Virus record (IMG/VR): IMGVR_UViG_3300018080_000015
Span: 24,187 to 88,186 of that record
Source of the DNA: a virus
DNA length: 64,000 bases
Direction: 5' to 3' (one strand)
Shown: positions 18,547 to 27,914 of the stretch, piece by piece
Numbering within the stretch: the stretch's first letter is position 1
Layout of the letters: every line of letters starts with the position of its first letter
The notes under the pieces: generated by a model
Database searches by the model: none
What the model saw: the letters and a program-made list of their open reading frames with translations, nothing else
Told to the model about the DNA's origin: nothing
Translations under genes and position numbers: made by a program

Positions 18547-18927
18547 TTACGTGTCGGGCTCGGGAGCTGACGGGCAGATCGAAGGATCTCCGATGGCGAG
18601 ATAATCGAACTGGCCAACCGCCTCGATGGAGATGATGAGCAACAGGCAATGAACGGGCTCTTCCTTCTCGAGGTCGAGCGCAGTGTAGCGTGTCGTGATC
18701 TCCGTCGGGATGCCAAAGAGCTGAAGCTGTGATGTCGCCTCGATGTCGACTTGGTAGCCAGTCGTCTCGTCGGCGAATCGGGTGTTGAGCTCCACGTCCT
18801 GGAACTTCACGAAGAGCTCCGGATCGAGGTTGGCGTTACCCTGCGGACCACACCCGGCGAGCAACACGATCGCGAGGAACAGCGTGACAATTGCGATGTA
18901 GTAGAGAATGTTTGGCCTCCAGAACAT
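18547..18927 (-). CDS. Lipoprotein
   Basis: Signal peptide with lipobox LLAG-C. Confidence 0.7.
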   Translation of the reverse strand: MFWRPNILYYIAIVTLFLAIVLLAGCGPQGNANLDPELFVKFQDVELNTRFADETTGYQVDIEATSQLQLFGIPTEITTRYTALDLEKEEPVHCLLLIISIEAVGQFDYLAIGDPSICPSAPEPDT

Positions 18928-18936
18928 GTGATCCTC

Positions 18937-19518
18937 CTACGGTCGTTTCGGGATGATGTCCATATCGACATCTGCGCTCGACGCTCGGAAAGCAATCTTT
19001 GGGTAGGTACTGGGAGACGGGTTGCGGATGTAAACGAGCTCGTCTGCGATGAGCACAGCGTCATTCTCGTCGCCGTTGTCACCGACAGCCGAAACGGCCG
19101 CGGCATCGCCCGTATCCCCACCCGCAAGACCTGTGGTGGTCTCGTTGACGGTCTCCACTTGGAACGGCCCGCCTGAAGTGACCACGATGCGCGTGTGCGT
19201 CGCATCGATCGCCTCCAGGATGAGGCCGACAGCGCTCGAGGTGAGCCCGCGCAGGTAGTTCCCGACTGCGAAGAGCCCGTCATCGCCGGCTATCGCGCCG
19301 TGAGTCAGAACCACATCGGTGAAGCACCGAACCTCAGACGGATCCAGTGCAGCGCCGCCGATGCGCACATGGCACTCTTCTGTCGGCCGCACGCGGATGT
19401 GCGTCTTGTTCGTATCCGGCCAGTCGATCACAAGGCCGTCGGTCTTTGAGATGCCGGTGTGGCGCTGACAGGCCTGCTGGCTTTCGAGCGGCTCAACGAT
19501 TTCTGCTATTTCGGCCAC
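18937..19518 (-). CDS. Hypothetical virion protein
   Basis: ORF with GTG start and SD in the neck cluster. Confidence 0.55.
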   Translation of the reverse strand: MAEIAEIVEPLESQQACQRHTGISKTDGLVIDWPDTNKTHIRVRPTEECHVRIGGAALDPSEVRCFTDVVLTHGAIAGDDGLFAVGNYLRGLTSSAVGLILEAIDATHTRIVVTSGGPFQVETVNETTTGLAGGDTGDAAAVSAVGDNGDENDAVLIADELVYIRNPSPSTYPKIAFRASSADVDMDIIPKRP

Positions 19519-19527
19519 GACTGACTC

Positions 19528-20205
19528 CTACTCTTCTGTCAGGTCTACGACGTCGAGCACGTCACCGTCCAGGTTCTCAATCTGCGTGCGGATGAGCTTG
19601 CAAGTCTTTCCTTCGTACTGCTGCGAGCTCGCCGGCATGAGACGGGTCTGACCCTGCACCCGGTACACGGTCCGGAAATAGCGGGACTTCACCTCGTCCT
19701 GTCTGTCTGACATCCGACCCGCCCCTTGAAACACAAAGCGTACAGGAAAAGATATGGCTCCGATAGTGCTTCCGAGAGGCGCCGCGTCGATCACAGTGTC
19801 GTACACCGGACCGAAGTATCGGTCGATTTCTACTTCGATCTGCGTGAGCCATGTGTCGTGTGGGCTCCGTATGTCGAGCTGCCACTCGAGGTCGACGGGC
19901 CGGGGATAGGGAGCCTGAATCGCATTCTCGTTTGTTGGCACGTCGAGGTGATCCCAGATGCGAGCTCCGGTCGCGAGCGGGCGCGTCGTAGAGATCTCCG
20001 GTCGGTTCATGCGCTGGACGGCGCAAAAGGGGCGCGTGATTTGAGGCGCATCGAGGAGCTGCAGGTACTCACTCGCTCCGTAGCGCACGACGGTCATGGA
20101 GCTGTCTGGGGTGTAGCCGTTGTAAGTGTCCAGCGAGAACGACTCCTGGTAGACCGGTAGGGTGTCGAGGAGCTCAAACAGCTTGATTTCCGTCGCTAAG
20201 ATCAT
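19528..20205 (-). CDS. Tail terminator / completion protein (putative)
   Basis: 'PRPVDLEWQLDIRS...RYFRTVYRVQ' resembles tail-completion proteins; synteny. Confidence 0.55.
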   Translation of the reverse strand: MILATEIKLFELLDTLPVYQESFSLDTYNGYTPDSSMTVVRYGASEYLQLLDAPQITRPFCAVQRMNRPEISTTRPLATGARIWDHLDVPTNENAIQAPYPRPVDLEWQLDIRSPHDTWLTQIEVEIDRYFGPVYDTVIDAAPLGSTIGAISFPVRFVFQGAGRMSDRQDEVKSRYFRTVYRVQGQTRLMPASSQQYEGKTCKLIRTQIENLDGDVLDVVDLTEE

Positions 20206-20651
20206 TCGGGTACTTGCGTCCGTCGGGTCAAGTCGAGCCTGGTTGTGAACGTCTCGTGGCCCATCCCAAGCGCTCTGGTGTGTCCAAGGATGGTGTGCGG
20301 GACGGAGTCGACGGTGATCAGATCTCGGTTGGTGATCGAGTTGCTATCAAAGTCGGACGTGAGCACCCAGATAACGCGCGTCGAGCGCTCGTCTACGCCC
20401 CACGCTCTCTTTTCTTCTGGGGTGGGATCCGTGACAACGAGTGCGTCGAGCGGGGTCGCAGTGTCGTGGTTGGGCTTCGCGTCCCCCATCGCTCGGATGA
20501 CCTCAGCGTTCCCCAGGTACTTACGAAGCCGCACGTCATAGCCTACTTCACCATCCGCAGCACACTCGCTGTTGATGAGCTTCTTGAAGGCGCACGCTTT
20601 CATCTGGTTGTGGATGGCGCGCATTCGGTGCGTGATGTAGGGCGCTGGCAT
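20202..20651 (-). CDS. Head closure / stopper protein (putative)
   Basis: Size and position after the adaptor; 'ITNRDLITVD' pattern. Confidence 0.5.
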   Translation of the reverse strand: MPAPYITHRMRAIHNQMKACAFKKLINSECAADGEVGYDVRLRKYLGNAEVIRAMGDAKPNHDTATPLDALVVTDPTPEEKRAWGVDERSTRVIWVLTSDFDSNSITNRDLITVDSVPHTILGHTRALGMGHETFTTRLDLTRRTQVPE

Positions 20652-20655
20652 GGCT

Positions 20656-21354
20656 CTATCCTATGTGGATGGATTGACCGCGCCCGCTCTTCGACTCAGC
20701 CAGTTCGACCTCACGGGTGAACATGGTCTTCAACGTGTCCACCTGGATCGCAACTGACGAGCCTCCGATGGAGACGCTCGGGTGTCGACCCAGTTCTTCG
20801 ACAATGGCACGGGAGAGGTACGCCGCAAACAAGTGGCGCAGTGCCTGACGGTACTTCCGCGGGACGGCGTCGAACTGAGCAGCCGTATCGAGCGTCCACA
20901 TGTCGTGCGTCTTTAGGTAGAGCGTGCGCCCGGTTTCTGGCGTCGGAAGCACCTGCACCTTGTCGCCTGTGATCATGACCGAATCAATGCGGTAGCGCTC
21001 GAGGCGCTTCTGTGCAACTTCGGCCGCGACTTGCCCGCCGTGCAGGCCTTCGTAGTAGCCAAGCTCGGCGATGGAGTAGTCAGCACCGAGTAGGTTGGAG
21101 CCTGTGTGTATGGTCTGCCCGTCTACGGGACTCCAGTCCGTGACGTGCATGATCCCGGTGTCCGGGAAGTCATAGAGCGTCTGTCCCGCCACGAGTTGGA
21201 GCGTATGCTCTCCCAGCTGCGGATTCAGACGCGAAAAGTGCTCCACCACATCGTCCAGCACAAGGCTTCGGATCTCATCGTCCGTTATCGCAAGGTCGCA
21301 GACGCGGCCCACGATGACACGGGCGTATTTCAGGAGATCCGAAAGGAACGACAT
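20656..21354 (-). CDS. Head-tail adaptor (neck) protein (putative)
   Basis: 'LQLVAGQTLYDFP', 'VQVLPTP', 'VPRKYRQAL'; position after the capsid gene. Confidence 0.6.
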   Translation of the reverse strand: MSFLSDLLKYARVIVGRVCDLAITDDEIRSLVLDDVVEHFSRLNPQLGEHTLQLVAGQTLYDFPDTGIMHVTDWSPVDGQTIHTGSNLLGADYSIAELGYYEGLHGGQVAAEVAQKRLERYRIDSVMITGDKVQVLPTPETGRTLYLKTHDMWTLDTAAQFDAVPRKYRQALRHLFAAYLSRAIVEELGRHPSVSIGGSSVAIQVDTLKTMFTREVELAESKSGRGQSIHIG

Positions 21355-21360
21355 AGCGGA

Positions 21361-21951
21361 TTAGATCGAGGAGTGCCCTGGGATGATGATCGTCTTGCCC
21401 CTCGGGTCTCCCCGGAAGGCGATCAGTACGCGAGGGCGCAGCCGACCCCAGTTGGGAAAGAGCTTCTTCGAACAGATGGCGCCGCGAGGAATCTCGTAGG
21501 TCATCTGATCCGCACCCTCGAGCAGGACACTCTTCGCCCGGTTGTTGATGTTGATCAGGCACTCGTCGCGCTCGACCTTGTATGGCTTCCGACCAGAGAG
21601 CTTTTTCACGATCGGCCACTGAGCGGCAACCTCTTCCTCTGTAGCTCGAGCGAGAGCGCGACGTGCGAGCTCTTTCGACGCAGCCACATCCTCGGCGGCC
21701 TTGCGCTTGGCCTTTTCGACCGCGAGCTGCTTCTTGAGCTTTGCGATCTCTTTCTGGACCGCGGCGGAAGCTTCTTCGTCGGCCTCGGCCTCAGCAGAGG
21801 CAGCAGCCTCCTCTTTGGTCTCGGCTTTCTTCGCCGTGCTGGCCCTGTCCTCGAGAGCGGCCTCGAGTTCGGTGTCTTCTGCCTTGGTCTTCTTGGTCGT
21901 TTTCTTCGTCTTCTTTGACGAAGCCTTCTTTGTGCTGGTCTTCTTCGCCAT
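21361..21951 (-). CDS. Lys-rich hypothetical protein
   Basis: Histone-like N-terminus MAKKTSTKKASSKKTKK followed by coiled coil. Confidence 0.6.
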   Translation of the reverse strand: MAKKTSTKKASSKKTKKTTKKTKAEDTELEAALEDRASTAKKAETKEEAAASAEAEADEEASAAVQKEIAKLKKQLAVEKAKRKAAEDVAASKELARRALARATEEEVAAQWPIVKKLSGRKPYKVERDECLININNRAKSVLLEGADQMTYEIPRGAICSKKLFPNWGRLRPRVLIAFRGDPRGKTIIIPGHSSI

Positions 21952-21977
21952 GGTTTTTTCCTTCGGTCCCGTGTTGG

Positions 21978-22010
21978 AAAAACTGAGAGGCAGCGGTCCC
22001 GAGCCGCCTC
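21978..22010 (-). terminator. Intrinsic terminator after major capsid gene
   Basis: GAGGCGGC-loop-GCTGCCTC stem followed by a T-run on the minus strand. Confidence 0.6.
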
Positions 22011-22016
22011 AGACTG

Positions 22017-23615
22017 CTACGTGGTCACCGCCATCGTGGCGAACTGGGTATCATCAATCATGCGACGGCCAACTCGCGCCTGCGCCGCCTGTCCGCTCTC
22101 CAGGTTGAGGGTCTGGTTCCAGACTCTCGGGGTGATGAAGAACGGCATGAAGATGGTGATCACGTAGTTGCTGCGGAACGGATTGATCGCCGGCCACCCG
22201 AAGAAGCCCTGGGTGTCCGCAAGCCGCGGGCTCTGGTAGACGGTCCACCGGTCGCCGATGGTGCCGAGCAGAACGCGCTGCTGGATCTGCGCCCGAGTGT
22301 TGCTCTCGAGTCCAGCCTGCGCCTGCGGCGCCGCGGTGAACTCCTCGAGCTTCATCAGACGTGTGGTGATGCCCACGCCACCGACGAAGTAGGTCGGCCA
22401 CTGTCGATGCGTCGCAAAGAGGCTCTGCGAGGCTTCGATCATCTTGTGGTAGATCTTCTTGTCGTAGAAGTGACGCGCCTGGGACGTGGTGTCGCCGGGG
22501 AGGTAGCCGGAGGCGTCGAAGATCGCCTGGGTGCCACCGGCCTGGTTGAGGACCTGAGTGAGCACTGCGGCGTCGAACGCCTGGTAGAGCTCTTCGGACA
22601 GCATAGCCGGGTTCTCGGCCATCATGTTCAGCCTGTAGTAGGCTGCCGCGTCCTGCTCCGACTTCAGGCTCCAGATGTGCGCGAGGGTCATCTCCTCGCC
22701 AGTCACGTCCAGGAGCTCCATGGTGTACGTGACCTTGTTGGCCGCGTCGCTCTCCTGGCGCACATCGTAGGTGCACTCGATGACTGCACCGTCGGCGGGG
22801 GCTACGACGAGCAGGATCTGGTCCACGCCGCCTGCGCCTGTCCCATCCCCGATGGTGTAGTCGGTGGTGAGCGTCTGCTCCACACCGTCGACGTACACCA
22901 CGTGGTCGTAGGTCGGGTGCCGATCCAGATCGAAGTCGGTCTCGATCGCATCACCTTCGCCTACCTGCTCACCGTAGACGCGAGCGCCCGCGAAGTACGG
23001 ATCGAAGTTGGAGCCTGCGTACGGATGAATCTCGGTGTCCGCGGTGGCTCCGCCGACGACAGTGGTGTCGTACTTGCGCTTGTAGAAGGGCACCTTGACG
23101 TCGGGCTGCGTGACCGGAATGACCTGGAACAGGCTGCGGAACAGCATCGCGGGGATGAGCCGACGGGCCTGCGCCAGGGCGACGGTGACAAACGAAGCGA
23201 TGTTGCTGGTGGAAGTGTTCTCCATCAGGAACTCGATCGGATGCTGGTTCACGATATGCGGAGCGATGTCAGCGTACTGCCGACGAATCTCGGTCCACAC
23301 GTTGTCCAGAACGATCTCGGCGCCGCGACGCAGCAGAGCGTTCTTTCGGCCTTTGTAGGCCTCCGAGGTGAAGAGTGGAGCCCAGAACTGACGACGGCGC
23401 TCGTTCTCGTAGAGATACGCAGGCTGGTACTGGATCTCCCGCATCCGCTCGTCGAACTCGGACCCACGATCGACTGTCATGTTCGATAGCACGCTGCGCC
23501 CGATCTTTTCGCGGGTCTTGACGTCTGTGCTCTGCTGCTGGAAGGCGTTGAAGCTGTCTCCTTCGAAGAATGGCTTCAGACCTTCGATGTCCATGAGCAG
23601 GTTGTCTGCTGGCAT
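22017..23615 (-). CDS. Major capsid protein (T4 gp23-like) with inserted beta domain
   Basis: 'LMENTSTSNIA...RRLIPA...VIPVTQP', 'WSLKSEQDAAA...LSEELYQAFD', 'YVITIFMP' gp23-like motifs. Confidence 0.88.
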   Translation of the reverse strand: MPADNLLMDIEGLKPFFEGDSFNAFQQQSTDVKTREKIGRSVLSNMTVDRGSEFDERMREIQYQPAYLYENERRRQFWAPLFTSEAYKGRKNALLRRGAEIVLDNVWTEIRRQYADIAPHIVNQHPIEFLMENTSTSNIASFVTVALAQARRLIPAMLFRSLFQVIPVTQPDVKVPFYKRKYDTTVVGGATADTEIHPYAGSNFDPYFAGARVYGEQVGEGDAIETDFDLDRHPTYDHVVYVDGVEQTLTTDYTIGDGTGAGGVDQILLVVAPADGAVIECTYDVRQESDAANKVTYTMELLDVTGEEMTLAHIWSLKSEQDAAAYYRLNMMAENPAMLSEELYQAFDAAVLTQVLNQAGGTQAIFDASGYLPGDTTSQARHFYDKKIYHKMIEASQSLFATHRQWPTYFVGGVGITTRLMKLEEFTAAPQAQAGLESNTRAQIQQRVLLGTIGDRWTVYQSPRLADTQGFFGWPAINPFRSNYVITIFMPFFITPRVWNQTLNLESGQAAQARVGRRMIDDTQFATMAVTT

Positions 23616-23689
23616 TTTGAACCTCCCTTTTGGGTCTTTTTCTCCTGGTAGGACAAGCCCCCTATTCGGGGGCAGGTCTGAGTCCGCTC

Positions 23690-25846
23690 TCAGCTGAAGT
23701 AGAGATCCTCAGCTTCAGTGTCGCCGACCTTCTCGGCGAGATCGATGCGCTGCTCTTCCTCAGCCCGCACCGGGTCAGCGACGCGCCCGTTGCCCGCGGC
23801 CTTCTCGGGATTCAGGTTGATATCGCGAGCGCGCTTGGTGATCGCACCGACGAAACCTTCGACGATACTGACCCGCGACTCCATCACTTCGTCGTCGACA
23901 GGGACGTTGCTCTCGGTGATCACGAGAGGGAGCATGATATCAGCGAACTTGCTGTGCTTGCTCGCCTTCAGCTTCTCGATGATGGAGTTGCGCATCTCGT
24001 TGAAGTGGTTGACCGTCTGAAGACGCTCAACCTGCTCGCGCAGTTCCATCACCTCGGGATCGACCTCCACGAAAGCCTCCGGATACTGCTCCTGGAGCGC
24101 TTCGATAGACCCACCGAGCTCTTCGACCTGAGCGGCGAGCTCGGCCTTCTCGTTGGTGAGAGCCTCGATCTGCTCGGCCTGCTCCTCGACCAGTGTCGCG
24201 ATGGAAGCAAGCTTCTCGGTCAGGTCTTCCCCTTCCTCGATAAGACTCGCTTCGACGGCGGCCTCGGTCAGCACCTCGAGCTTGAGTTCGGCGAGCGCCT
24301 CGGCGTGCTGCTCGCGCAGTTCTTTCAGTGTCAGTGGCATGATGTCCTCCCTGTTGGGGATTTGGTCCGAGGACTCTGAAAGAACGGGAGTGTTGTCTAC
24401 CCCCTCGGACCTGGTTTCCTTTCTAGGATGAAAGATAGCGCCTTGTACACTCTGCCGTCCAGGGACATCATCCCATCCCTGAAACTGGAACTTCGAGATT
24501 ACCAGAAACGGCTTGGGCGGTTGAAGGTTTTCTGGGATTTCGACTGCGCCGCTCGCGCGGAGACGGAGCCGCTCGGTTGCGCGCCGGGCCTGCTCGTCTG
24601 GGTGCATCCCGACTTCGCCGAATTGACTCTTGTAGTAGGTCTCTGCGCGGACCTTACCCCGGGTGCGCGAAGATGTGGGCAGCGCTCCGCCTGCGGCGAG
24701 CACGACTGCTGCGTTTTGCCCCTCGGGCATAGTGTTAAGGATGTCGCGTACGACACCGACCTGCCCTGTGCTCTCGTTGTACGTCACGTCGCGGATGAGC
24801 CCGGAGACGTCTGACATCGCCGGCTCCTTCGGGATGGACGCCGGAGTCTTTCTCGCGGGATGTCCGCCGAGAGCAAATATCTCTCCACGATTCGCGGCTC
24901 TCGCTGCCTCACGCACGGCGAGAGGCATGTCGGCAGCCTCATAGACGCGTTGGTTGCGGTTCTTCTTCCCTGCGACCTGAGCTTCCTTGTACGTGATCCG
25001 CGCGAGCACGCCAGGCGGAAGATTCTTGCGCTTCTTTTTCAGCTGAACTTTTCTCTGATGAAAAGGCTCGATGTTGTCAGAAGACGTGTTTTCCGTCGCT
25101 TCGACCACGTGACCGCAGTTAGGACACGTCGTCCCGGAAAACACCGTACCGCATTTCGGGCAGCGAATACTGCGCCGCCGTCCCGCCCCGTGCGGACCTT
25201 TTCCGTCCTGAAGCCCTCCTCCGCGCGGTGTTTTTCCACAAGGTCCGACAGCCTCACACCAAAGCTCGAAGAAAACCTCAAGCTCGGCAGCGGGCACGCC
25301 TTCTCCGAGGAGCTCAACGAAACCATCCCAGGCTTCGGAGCGCGTCTTCTCCCTCATCGACTTGAAGCACTTCATCTGCTTCGCACGCTCAAGAATGCAC
25401 TGTCGAATCAGAGGCACTGACTCGCGGTGCTTCGTGGTTGAGCCGAGCCGTCCGAGAGCTGCACGCACGTGATCGCAATCGGGTACCGGGAAGGAGCGCT
25501 CTGGGCCACAGAAGGTTGCGGCCGGGAGAGCTTTGCGGGCCTTCGCAGTGAGAGCGCCCGAGCCGCTCTTCTTTTTGGAGAGCATCTCAGTCCACGACTC
25601 GTAGGCCTCGAACTCTTCCCAGTCGATGTCGTCCGGGTAATCATCCTCACAGCACAGCGGGGTGTCGGGGCCTTCGTGGAGCTGCTCTTCGAAGTCCTCA
25701 GCGAACTCGACCGTGAAGTCGCCGCCGCAGCTCTCCGTGAAGGTGACGTAGCCGTCTTCGTCCTGGTGCTTCTCGAGAATCTCCACCAGCTCCTCGAGAG
25801 AGTTGGTGGACTCGCACAAGACATCAAGATCTAGAACTCTAGGCAT
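23690..25846 (-). CDS. Prohead protease-scaffold fusion (gp21-like protease with coiled-coil core)
   Basis: 'NRNQRVY', 'GGHP', 'DILNT.PEG', 'SSRTRG', 'WDDV' protease motifs; acidic coiled-coil C-terminus. Confidence 0.82.
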   Translation of the reverse strand: MPRVLDLDVLCESTNSLEELVEILEKHQDEDGYVTFTESCGGDFTVEFAEDFEEQLHEGPDTPLCCEDDYPDDIDWEEFEAYESWTEMLSKKKSGSGALTAKARKALPAATFCGPERSFPVPDCDHVRAALGRLGSTTKHRESVPLIRQCILERAKQMKCFKSMREKTRSEAWDGFVELLGEGVPAAELEVFFELWCEAVGPCGKTPRGGGLQDGKGPHGAGRRRSIRCPKCGTVFSGTTCPNCGHVVEATENTSSDNIEPFHQRKVQLKKKRKNLPPGVLARITYKEAQVAGKKNRNQRVYEAADMPLAVREAARAANRGEIFALGGHPARKTPASIPKEPAMSDVSGLIRDVTYNESTGQVGVVRDILNTMPEGQNAAVVLAAGGALPTSSRTRGKVRAETYYKSQFGEVGMHPDEQARRATERLRLRASGAVEIPENLQPPKPFLVISKFQFQGWDDVPGRQSVQGAIFHPRKETRSEGVDNTPVLSESSDQIPNREDIMPLTLKELREQHAEALAELKLEVLTEAAVEASLIEEGEDLTEKLASIATLVEEQAEQIEALTNEKAELAAQVEELGGSIEALQEQYPEAFVEVDPEVMELREQVERLQTVNHFNEMRNSIIEKLKASKHSKFADIMLPLVITESNVPVDDEVMESRVSIVEGFVGAITKRARDINLNPEKAAGNGRVADPVRAEEEQRIDLAEKVGDTEAEDLYFS

Positions 25847-25856
25847 GATCCTACTC

Positions 25857-26216
25857 CTAGCGGCGGTTTCCTGGCCTACTTCGATCGGCGGCGGAACGTA
25901 GCTCTGTCACCTCCACGCTCAATCGCTTTCCGTCTTCCAGCCTTCCACTTTTGCCGAGCGCGCTTTTTTTTTTTGCTGCTTTTTCCTGCGCCTTGCGAGC
26001 GGCCGGATCGTATCTGTACTGTCCGGGCTTATCCTTGACGACGTTGGCTCGCTCTCCGGGGGACATGCCGCCCTGTTTATTGAGACGAGATTGCCATTGC
26101 TTCTGGCGTTTTTTTCCGGCGCGTCGCTCTTTTCCTGCTGCTCGCCTCGCGGCTTTCCACCTCCCGCCTGCCTCTTCAATTCGTTCCATGCTCTGAGCAA
26201 TGGCCTCGATTGACAT
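25857..26216 (-). CDS. Basic putative internal head protein
   Basis: Short acidic N-terminus then K/R-rich body; located in the head module. Confidence 0.55.
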   Translation of the reverse strand: MSIEAIAQSMERIEEAGGRWKAARRAAGKERRAGKKRQKQWQSRLNKQGGMSPGERANVVKDKPGQYRYDPAARKAQEKAAKKKSALGKSGRLEDGKRLSVEVTELRSAADRSRPGNRR

Positions 26217-26714
26217 CTACTTTCCTCCCAGCTTCGCGAGCGTTTGCTTTGCGTTGGCGATTGCCTTCTGGGCCATCTCCTTCTGCCGCTTCATGATCTT
26301 TTCCTTCTTTGCGGCTGTGCGACGAAGAAGCTTGGCTCGAATCAGTGCGATGGGCTTGGCGAAGGCCTCTTCTATCTCCTCTGGATTGTCCTCGATGTAC
26401 GTGTTGAGCTCGAAGGCAATCTCAGGGCCGTTCCGCCAACGAGAGACAACCACCCGATCCATCTCGTCCGCAGGACCTAGCTTCAACACCTTGTTGTTCT
26501 CGCGTTGAATCGCTCTGACTACAAGATCGACAAGCGAGTCTGCGAGCCGCTCACGGATGTCGTACTCGCCCTCAGAGAAGATTCGATCGGCGGCTTGTCC
26601 GATTGCGGAGAGGCTCTCGGGAGCTGTGAGCTTCTTTTTCTTGCGCTTCTTTTTCTTCTTCAAAGCTGCGCTGCCCATCCCCGCGCATTCGGTGGTCTCG
26701 ATGTCCTGTCCCAT
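26217..26714 (-). CDS. Hypothetical head-module protein
   Basis: ORF with SD and poly-Lys stretch. Confidence 0.55.
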   Translation of the reverse strand: MGQDIETTECAGMGSAALKKKKKRKKKKLTAPESLSAIGQAADRIFSEGEYDIRERLADSLVDLVVRAIQRENNKVLKLGPADEMDRVVVSRWRNGPEIAFELNTYIEDNPEEIEEAFAKPIALIRAKLLRRTAAKKEKIMKRQKEMAQKAIANAKQTLAKLGGK

Positions 26715-26773
26715 GTATCACCTCCCCGTGGTTCCGATTCAAGATACTGGTCTTCGTAGCTGTAAAGCAAGGC

Positions 26774-27586
26774 TCACTTGCGCGGGAGCACGATACTGGC
26801 GGGAGGAACAACGTATCGTTTCCCAGGTCTATGGAGCGGCATTCCACGGGCAGTGAACATCGACCGCAGTGTTCCTGCCCGCTCCGAGTGCACGACGAGA
26901 AAACACCGACAGTTCATCAAACACCGAGTTGACCCGTCTCGAGGTAGAGCTGGAAGGTCGACCTTCCGGTAGGGCGAGCCCGCTTCAAACCACAGACAGT
27001 CCTGACAGTGCTCGGCGGGAGTAGTGTGCCACGATATCCAGGTGTCGTCTCCCATGCCGGAGAGAACCCCGCCGAGGTACATCTGATCGAGCGCGTTGGC
27101 GTACATACCGGCTCGAGTGAAGTCCTTCATCCTGTGCACTCGAGGAGTGATTTCCTGTGCGCCTGCAGCCTGGTCTACCCAACGGCGGAAGTGCATGCGT
27201 TGCACGTCGAGGAAGCCGTGCATGTGGAGCCTGTCATTGGCGTTGAGCGGGCGGTCCTTGAGTGTGCGCACACCAGCTCGGTACGCTCCGTCGGCCGCGG
27301 CCCGCACGTACGTGCCGAACTGCTTGAGCGCCGCTGTGGGCTTCATGCGGCCGGCCCTGACCTTGGCAATCAACGCGAGCACCCCGATGCGGAACGAGTC
27401 CTTGTTGACCTGTCCGGTGCGGGAGCTTTGCGGGAGCGCCAGCGTGCGGGAGCCAGTGGCCTCTAGCAAAAACTCGGGGTCGAAGCCAATGATACAGCCG
27501 TACTCGTAGACAATCTCGTAGCGCTCGATTTCCTGGATAGTCCAACCGACACGAAGAGCCTCCAGTATTTGAAGGTGTGCATCCAC
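26774..27586 (-). CDS. MuF-like minor head protein
   Basis: 'RAGMYA', 'EHCQDC...P.DGST.CLMNCRCFL' Cys motif of MuF/SPP1 gp7. Confidence 0.75.
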   Translation of the reverse strand: MDAHLQILEALRVGWTIQEIERYEIVYEYGCIIGFDPEFLLEATGSRTLALPQSSRTGQVNKDSFRIGVLALIAKVRAGRMKPTAALKQFGTYVRAAADGAYRAGVRTLKDRPLNANDRLHMHGFLDVQRMHFRRWVDQAAGAQEITPRVHRMKDFTRAGMYANALDQMYLGGVLSGMGDDTWISWHTTPAEHCQDCLWFEAGSPYRKVDLPALPRDGSTRCLMNCRCFLVVHSERAGTLRSMFTARGMPLHRPGKRYVVPPASIVLPRK

Positions 27587-27587
27587 C

Positions 27588-27914
27588 CTACCCCTCGACC
27601 GATCGCACCAGAGCGCTGACCTCGGGAACCAGCGGGGGATTGACAACGCGCACTTGTTTGTGTCTGGGGTGCTTCAACCAAATTCCGATTGTACGCATGA
27701 GCCACACCCAGTTCCCGGGAGAAGGACCCGGGATCGAGTACCCAGCGCCCTCCTCCTCCTCGAGAATTAGATCTACCGGAAGTCGCATGAGCTGCTTCAC
27801 GAGTTTTGCCTCGGGACCCATCACCGAGGCTTTTCCTTTGTCCCAGCGCTCGTACTCGAATGTGACCGTCGTGTTTTGGTTCTGCTTGTTGGTGACAACA
27901 ACTCGCGCGATCAT
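27588..27914 (-). CDS. Hypothetical protein (possible partner of the upstream peptidase)
   Basis: Translationally coupled to 27911-29902. Confidence 0.5.
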   Translation of the reverse strand: MIARVVVTNKQNQNTTVTFEYERWDKGKASVMGPEAKLVKQLMRLPVDLILEEEEGAGYSIPGPSPGNWVWLMRTIGIWLKHPRHKQVRVVNPPLVPEVSALVRSVEG

